A model generated the notes under the pieces. It saw nothing but the letters and a program-made list of their open reading frames with translations. It made no database searches and was not told where the DNA came from. From Chrysomallon squamiferum (lineage: Eukaryota; Animalia; Mollusca): a DNA stretch of 64,000 bases. Both the position numbers and the translations under genes were made by a program. Below, piece after piece: positions 54,991 to 64,000 of the stretch. Where the stretch lies: the NCBI GenBank assembly GCA_012295275.1, contig CM022665.1:24366001-24430000 (forward strand), written 5' to 3'. Position 1 is the stretch's first letter. Each line of letters begins with the position of its first letter.

Positions 54991-56933
54991 TTCATCTTTA
55001 ATTATGTTTACAGTACTATGACTTATGTGATGTGTCTTCTTACTAAACAAGATTTTGCAGTTAGTGATTCCAAGATTAAAGAAAAGTTATTTCATATATA
55101 AAAGATTATCTCTGTGAGTGCGTTTACAGAAATACATTTAGCAATCTTCTTTCAAAACACTGAACTAGTGTCTGGAGTATTTCATCGAATAATGGGCTTA
55201 GTGTCTTTGAAATAAAAAAAATCGTTTTTAAAAATACGTATGATATAGCTTAGATATACGTTCTCCAAGATGTTGAAAATAGATGTGAAATAGAAATAAA
55301 TTATTAAAATTGTGCACTTTGGTGTTATTATCATTATCAGCATTTATTTTTTTAAATCAAGGTGATAATTACCGACATTGGTCGAGAGAGACGGAGTATC
55401 AAAAAGACATTATTGTGTGTAATAGATGTAAATGCCTGGCCTTGGAAGATAACATGAACTTTGTGAATTATATATAGATATTGCTGGTAATAAGATATCA
55501 GTTTGTATTTGCGTGTATTTAAAAGAAATTTTGAAGTTAATAATAGAAAGATTGTTGTAGACTGAATTCAGATACGGAGTGTTTTATTTCTGTGTTTATT
55601 TTAAACGATATTTTAATAAACGGATTTTAAAAGGCTGAACATTAAAAGCATAAACAGTTTGAAACGGTTCATGGATTATTTTTTTTATTTTTTTTTTATC
55701 TGCATAATAATTATTTATGAATTTACCAACTTATTATGAAAGATATTTTCTTGAAATTTCAGTTTATTTGATTTAATATACATTTTTATAAAGTTATAAT
55801 ATTAAAATAAATAAATAAATACTTTAGCTTGTCACTGTAGAAGATTCAAAAAGTGTTTAAAGACCGTCAAAGAGGTGTTCGCCAAAAAATAAATAAATAT
55901 ATAAATAAATAATAATAATAAAAAATAAAAACAAAGTTAAAATCCAGCAAAACAATAAAACAACATCAACAAACATTACTGACTGCGACATATTAGTGCG
56001 TTTTCATATTAACTTTTGTTATTTATTTTATTAATCCGTTATTTGCTATTTCTAAACCAGATATCAATGCAGTGTTTCTGACGAAGCTGGCTTCTTGTAT
56101 TTCTAGAAACGTACTCTCAGATTTGACATGAAATGAGTTTTTTTCCTTTAATCTTTACATCGAGACCGTAAAATCTTGTCTAGTGAGAAGAGATACGAAA
56201 TCACAGGTGTTTTTGTTATGAATTACAAACAGATTTATTAAAGGAGAAGTGTCTATATATATTTTTGTTCTTCTTTATTTTTGACTCTGCCAAACTTACC
56301 TGCGAAAAATGTTTTATCTTGATGTGCTGCTTGCTACATTTTAGGAAATAGCAGATTCAGCAGTTTTAGATACGCTTTTTGAAGAAACGAAACTCAGAAT
56401 ATACATAAAGCGTTCATTCAGTTGAATATTTACAAATGTCGCACATTTGGTCTTGATTTCTATTTTTATTATTTTACAAACTGTTTATTTTGGGCAGGAT
56501 ACCTGCATACCTACACCTGAACCAGATTAATGTAATACATTTCCATGTGTTTTGTACAGAATCCCTTCCTTCGGAAAACACCAAAACATCTAGAATTAGC
56601 CCAAGGATGACGCATTTTCCATGCTATGATAACAAGCTGAGTTTTGTTCCTGACATTGTCTATGTGATGTAATTATATCTTAGCAGTTCCTTGAGGACAA
56701 CTCTGTCATAAACACAGCAGTAATTTCCAACCTTCTTCGAGCTGTTGGTTACATTAGTTCCGAGTTTTTAGTTAATGACTGATCTGAACTTGGTGAATGT
56801 TTGTATAGTGTTGCCCAGTACTCGAAAGCCATTTCTCACTGATTAGAATATACAAATGCTTTGAATAAACATATAATGAAATATTGGCGATAACTGGAAA
56901 CAGCTCGACGAGCGATCTGAGCTACGGTTTTTT

Positions 56934-56937
<4 letters not shown>

Positions 56938-57011
<74 letters not shown>
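56938..57011. repeat. (AG)n microsatellite
   Basis: Direct reading. Confidence 0.95.
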
Positions 57012-57014
<3 letters not shown>

Positions 57015-59292
57015 ATCAGTGCATCAACTATTCAGTATAAAATTCTAACTCACTAACTCTAACAGTGAAGAGCAGATAACCCAATGTTTGGATCATATAT
57101 CTTAGTTTTCAAAGATGAAGAAAGGGGTAAACTAATACATAATTATAAACTAAAGTAACAGTATGATTTCAAATAATAAATATCACTGCAGTATGCTGTA
57201 TCCATTATAGAAGTGCTGAGGAATAATAGCTGCAGAATCAGTCCATTTTAGTGCTTCTGTTAGGTTTCTTTCCGTTCTAGCAAATTATTTTCTGTCGCTT
57301 AAAAGGATGTTGTGATACCAATATTTAAGATATACATAAGCTGTAGTTGGTATTTTCTCCCCAAATCATTATTGCATATGCAGAAAATGCATGTTTATAC
57401 ACACCCTTATTATTATTGTTATTATTATTATTTCTTCTTCTTTTTATTTTATTTATTTATTTGTTGTTGTTGTTGTTGTTGCACATGATAATGTCATTCG
57501 TAAACATGGCACGTAACTATTCCAAGACACAGAACAATCAAAGATGACGAGTAATCTTCGCGATTCCGTTAAATCAGATTTACTTATTGGTAACTCATTG
57601 ATTTCTTCCTGTGTTGTACAAGCATAATCAAATTTTGTCCCTTAGACGTTAATTAGATAATTGCATAAGTCAACTTTTTCTGATGTACACAGAGTTACTT
57701 CCTTTGGAGAACCTCTTTAGTCATTTGATCTAAACATGAAAATTTAGCAGACTGACCTCGCTCAAATGTCAGTCATTTTGCGTTTGGTAACTGATTTCAG
57801 TTATTATATTGCATTCGTGTGCTGTCATCGCTTGTATTTTTTTTTTTTTTTTTTTTTTACTAATTCCTATGTTGATCAAATACAAGACTGTTTTATACAA
57901 ATCAATGGTTCTTACATGTTACTCTTTTTCCATCACAAGTTCGGTATCTTACAACGAGTCATGTCTGAGGAACTGGTTTGTTCTCATTAGCTATGTCCAC
58001 TGAAAAACAACATTATACGTTTACACGGACACCGAGAACATCTGCAACAGAAATGTAAAAAGTACCAAGAGAAGTATCCAAAATATCTGTAAAATAGCAA
58101 CATTAGATTTTTCCCGGAGAGTATTAGGTCTTCTGTCAGGGCTTTGTCCTTGCAAATTACTGGGCTAGGCGAACACTGTATGAAATCCTTGATGAAAGTA
58201 ATTTAAATTTAAAAGCTCAGAAATAGGATTTACATTAAAAAGAAATGTTTAATTAGTTGCCAAAGTATGTTTTACCAGTCATTCAAATGTGTACTACAGG
58301 ATTTGTCCTAATCCACAATAAGACTTCAGTGTCATTGTCAACTATCAGTAATCTCCTTTGAATTATGTGAAGACGGGATAATAAAATCGACATTTGGGAT
58401 TTCAGCTCAGTTAATGAAGGGATTTTGCCGAGTGGTCAGTAATGTACTAAACAGTGGACTGACAACGTGCTGATATTCACGAGCTCTCTTCATCACCACC
58501 AACGCATCAGACTAAAATAAAAAGATGAAAGTGCTTGAATGTCACCTCGTAAACTATCCTTAGGGTGTAGGATTTAATAGGAATATTTGATTTTGTTTTG
58601 TTTTGTTTTTTTCCCCTTGTTTTTATTTTATTTAATTTTGTTTTGTTTGATTTGTTTGTTTGTTGTTTGGGGTTTTTTGGGGGGGTTAATTAGTTTATTT
58701 GTTTGTCTTGTTTGATTCTTCATTTATTTCATTTGATTTTGTCATTATATTTAATTATATTTCTTTTTTAAGTTCTATTTTATTTATTAAACTGTATTAC
58801 TGATTAATTCATTCTTTCGTTCATTCATTTGTACATCCATTCTTTTGTATGTATTATTTTAGTGCCTTAACTTATTTTTGAAATTTGAAACAACTTAAAC
58901 AAAATAATTTTGGTTTTAATATATTGTCATCATCATTATTTAATAACTAAACATTACGTCTAACGGAATGAGGTTTTGGCTACAAAAAATTACACTTTAT
59001 TACCATTAATAGATCAAACATATTCAACAAATCGTCATCCAGTCCTTAACTCAACTCTTTGGCCGTATCATTTACGGACCCTTTGCTTCCCGGATACATC
59101 AAGAGATCGTTGTGTTTTAGTTTATTACGTACAGCAGTATAAAATCACCAGACTGGAATAAACCTCGATGATGGAAAAACATGTTTGTTTTTGTACTGAA
59201 TTTCAATCGAAATTGATATATACTGAGCAAACAAGTTAGGCATCATACTTTTTTTTTTTTTTTTTTTTTGTCTGATGAATATGATTCAGTGG

Positions 59293-59406
<114 letters not shown>

Positions 59407-59883
59407 GGAACTGCTTATTTATTTCCTGTTTTTACTGACGTCACAGTGAATGTAAAGTCAGTATGAAGAAATATCTATAATCTATAACGTTTCTGTTATT
59501 TTTAAACAAATATTTTTTTACTTCATTGAATATATATAAATAAACTTGTGAATAGTTTATGAACAATGTATTTTATAATAAATACATAATGTGAAATTAC
59601 TGGATGATTTTAAGCGCTTGAGGGATATGTCTTTAAAGATTAAAACCAAACTGGATGATGTGAAAAAATATAATTTCAAATTTTTGTTGTTGTTGTTGTT
59701 TGTTTTTGATGGGGGGAATGTCTTGCTTTTTTTTTTTTTTTTTTTGAAATAATAATATAATATTATTAATAATAAACAATCTGATAATTTTACAGAATTT
59801 AACCATTCAAAGAAATGAGTAAAATTAGTGTCTGAATGAACAAGTGTTTGTGTATAATTATGTATCTTTGTGTATGTATGTGT

Positions 59884-59935
<52 letters not shown>

Positions 59936-60339
59936 CAGCAGTAGTAATAGTAATCTGCTTTTTCTTAATTCATTAAAATAAACGATTTTGACGACAGTTT
60001 TAGTATTTGTGAATTTTGTTTTACTAGAAAGAAAATATTTACTATCGTTAGCAAACGCTAACACGAATGCGGCTGTAACTTGACTTTCTCGTTTATCTTT
60101 GTTTTGAATTAAGAAATCATTGCTCTACGCAGGCCCCATCTTCTTGATTAAGATAAGATATATTTTAAACTGAAACAAGCTGGTAAATAAGAAAATGAGT
60201 AGAAACAGATGTTCATTCCTTACCCTATTTGCGTCTTCGTTCTTTTCTTCTTCTTTTTTTTTTATTTATTTATTTATTTATTTATTATATATATATATAT
60301 ATATATATATATTTTTGTTCTATACTAATTTTTTCTTTC

Positions 60340-60342
<3 letters not shown>

Positions 60343-60421
<79 letters not shown>
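60343..60421. repeat. (TTA)n microsatellite
   Basis: Direct reading. Confidence 0.95.
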
Positions 60422-60422
<1 letters not shown>

Positions 60423-62102
60423 AGTAAGCAATTTAATGTTTTGAAAAAAAAAATCATTATAATTATTACATGTTAAATTTCTTCTCTTTTTTTTTTCTTC
60501 CACTTTGATCTGTTGGAATCTTTGCCACTGGGAATTAAATATATTTTAAAAAATAAAAGCTTTGTATATTAGAAGAAATACTGTATATTAAAATCAATAT
60601 TTTATATCAAAATTAATAACGTATATGAAACGAATTACTTGATGTATTGAAAAAGAATAGGGTACATTAAAAAGATATATATATATATAAAATATATATA
60701 TAAGCCATGGTAACTATATCTTAAAAAGATACTGCATGTTAAAAATAATACTGTTTCTTACGCTGCATATCAGGTTGTACTATTTATTCGTATCAGTTTT
60801 ATAGGATATAGTCTCACCAGGAGACTAGCAACACAGGAAAACGGCCAGTTTGACGCTGTACGCTGGGGTGTTATTTTAATGTACTTGATCTGTAGTAAAG
60901 ATTGATCGCTGTAACAAAACAATCACTTGAAAGTTTAAAATTAATGCATACAAAAGGTACTTTTCAGACTGAAAACAAATTGGTTTTTAACGATGACTTA
61001 AAATTTATGTTACCTGTGTTCTGTTACGTTCCTTGTTTGTATCTCGTTTAGTGTAATAGTGTGGTGTGAAGGCGAATAAATATAATTATTTATAAAATGC
61101 ATTGTGTATAATCTGTCTGTCTTTCATACGCATTTTGGTCAGTGAAACACATAAAGACGTTTTAAATGACGCGGCCGCTGATCTAGAAATGGTAGAGTAT
61201 TACATCGATATGAGTGAATAATAGAACGATGAAGAGAAAATAAAATAACAATAACATTAAAAAAAATATATATATATATATATATAAAATATGAAATATT
61301 TTTTTAAAAATAATATTATAATAAATAAATAAATAAAAGTACCTTGTGAAAAACATCATTATCTGTACCAAAGCATATTGTACCACTATCATCAACATCA
61401 GCAACAACAACAACAGTAATAATAATATTAATAATAAAAAATGATGGTGATGATGATGATGTACATGCAATAATTTATATAGAAAACAAATGATTTAAAA
61501 TCTGTAAGAACATAAACATAAATTCATTATACTGGGGTACAGATGTATTTTCGCCAGACAAACGACTCAACTAGTAACATTAGAAAACATATACAATTAT
61601 CTGTAAACATCGTCTTTAGTAAACTATTAGCTTTAAGCCTTGCAGTTCATACACATAAATCATACAACAAATTAACATTGCTATACATTGTGATGTCAAC
61701 AAGGTAATCCTAGCCAGAAATAAAACTGAATAAATGCAAAACAATATAATCTCTTTTTCTCTAATTAATCCTGAGATATATTAACATTAAAATAGTCTGG
61801 AAGAGTCAATCCATGTTTTGCAATTACAAGAACACTCTAGATATTCCTGAACTTTTGTCTACATCAATAAATTTGAAATGACAGAATAATGATCGTTGGT
61901 GATGTATCAGTGGTTGTGATTGGAATCCAGAGTAGACCCACTTAATTACAATATAGTGACGCATCAACAGTCATGTATTAATAATTAATAAAAATAACAA
62001 TGAATGACATTAACTGAAGAATTACCTGTGTTATAAAGAATCATATTAGAAATAAGAACTGCTCAACGTGAAATAAAATATATTATAATATAACACACAC
62101 CG

Positions 62103-62135
<33 letters not shown>

Positions 62136-62999
62136 CTTGAATTGTTTAAAATATCGATATATTCGTTGAAGTTAAAATAAAGCCGTCGTTTCATTTTTAC
62201 ACTTTTGTTATCACTGCAAAAGTAGTAATGGTAATAGTAGTAGTAACAGTAATAGTAATAATAACAATAGGAGGAGGAGGAGGTATAGCAATAAGCTAGT
62301 AGTGGTGTTAGCAATTTTAATAGCAGAATAGTAGTAGTAATGGTAGTAATAGTATTTTTTGTTGTTTCACTGATATTAAAATATACGCCTACATTGTCAT
62401 TATTATCTACAGTAACAAACAGCAATTCACCATACTGAAGTACTCCCATGAACCAGTAAATTACCATAATGAAAAACGTGTAACGTGAAACAACTGAAAG
62501 CTCTAGAGAAATGAGGACAGTGGAAACAATTGATTGTTTCCTAGCTCATGTACACATGACTCTCCCTAATTACATACCCAGGCAGGGTTTTCTCAGATAT
62601 TTCGCGCTGTTTGATATATAATTATAGGCGTTATGGTACTTCAAACTGCCGTCGGGTCCCTGTTATCGGCAATTCATTTATATTCTTTTTCAAACTACTG
62701 ATTTTATAAGTACGATAACTGATGTACATATAACTTTGATTTTTCGTGCGTGTAATTATGTATAAATCTTTACGGTGTTTATATATATATATATGTTTAA
62801 CAGAAAAACAAGTTCAGTAGTTTCCACTGAGTATCTTTATCAGTGATGATAATTTTTTTTTAGATGAAGTCAAATTAACAACTATTTTATTTACTTTGTT
62901 ATCATTAGAAAAATAGTTTTTGTAAATGACAGTCTTAGGAAAGCGAACTCACAGGGGTGAAAGAAAAATAAATACAGATATACAGTAACAAAGCGTGAA

Positions 63000-63001
<2 letters not shown>

Positions 63002-63092
<91 letters not shown>
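63002..63092. repeat. (AG)n microsatellite
   Basis: Direct reading. Confidence 0.95.
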
Positions 63093-63096
<4 letters not shown>

Positions 63097-64000
63097 GAAA
63101 CAAAACAAGTAGAAAAACAAAGAAAAAAGTGCATTCACTAATTCTGCTTCCATGTTAACACGAACCTCAGCGACGTTTTTCTCAAACCTTTGTATTGCAC
63201 AGCACCTAAAGCGAGTAAGCATGTAATTTGCTTCAAGCAGAGCTGTTTTACATATTATTCTCAGACTGACGTCCATTAGAGTCAGTCAGAATTGTCCCCC
63301 AGCCCACGACGTAAACAAACAGTTGAAAACTGAACTGCTACTTGTGAGACGAGTAAGACCTCCAGTGCAAAGGATAGAATGACTTCAATTTCCTCCGACT
63401 TTAGATTGGATCTGTGAACTCGTTGTATGTCGAGTATCTTTTTTCTTTTTTCTGTGTAATGAAATAAATCGGTTATTGGCAGTAAACATCAAAGCCTACA
63501 TTTTCTTCATCTGTTCTTTCTCTCTCACGTTAAGAAAAAAAAATATATATATATATATATACATTTCTTTTTTTTTTTTTTTTTTTTCATGTACAAGGAC
63601 AGCTATTTTGACTTTCGTGTACTAAAACATTCTATGCAAGCCAGTGAATCAACGCGAATGATGTTGCTTTTATTTTAATGGTTATCGCGTGTTTATTAAA
63701 TATAGGACATTTGTGTAATGATAAGAGAAAAAGGTTTTGCTTAAAGACCTGACTCGAGTATATTGATTAATTTCTGTCATCCGTTATCGGTTATCAGATA
63801 TCTGGTACAGTCGTACTAGATCTTCTAATTAGTAGCAACAGATTTTTTTTTATACGTATGTTTCCATATGCATGAAAGCATACATTATGACCTTTATAAC
63901 CAGCATTGCAGAGAACGCCCTCTTCTTCATTCTACAGGTTATTCCTGCTAATTAATAAATTAGTTCAACAAATCGGTTGTCCATTATTGCATGGAGTAGG

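Overview
AT-rich, microsatellite-laden animal genomic DNA with GT-AG introns. It is probably invertebrate, and the SINE remnants resemble mollusc families (inference). Positions 1.1-5.7 kb hold the last three predicted coding exons of a KIF26/vab-8 (kinesin-11) gene on the + strand, followed by a probable long AT-rich 3' UTR. Positions 10.8-30.1 kb hold the main discovery: six compact orphan ORFs (143-391 aa, both strands) with uninterrupted CDSs, most with a clear TATA box. Four start MKRK and share, in overlapping subsets, a bipartite NLS, a P(K)LVDY-acidic motif, a Cys cluster and a basic C-terminal G[ST][SN][IF][FV]RW[FI] motif. A fifth has two PP1 RVxF motifs and two DSG degron-like motifs. 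Five of the six carry AGTGCT downstream of the stop codon, and two duplication relics lie inside the cluster. I read this as a divergent, lineage-specific tandem family of motif-based nuclear regulators that I cannot assign to a known family. Positions 30-64 kb are nearly gene-free: microsatellites, MITEs, SINE remnants, one candidate 54-aa smORF and one candidate first exon. Most other ORF-track entries are repeat artefacts or antisense shadows.
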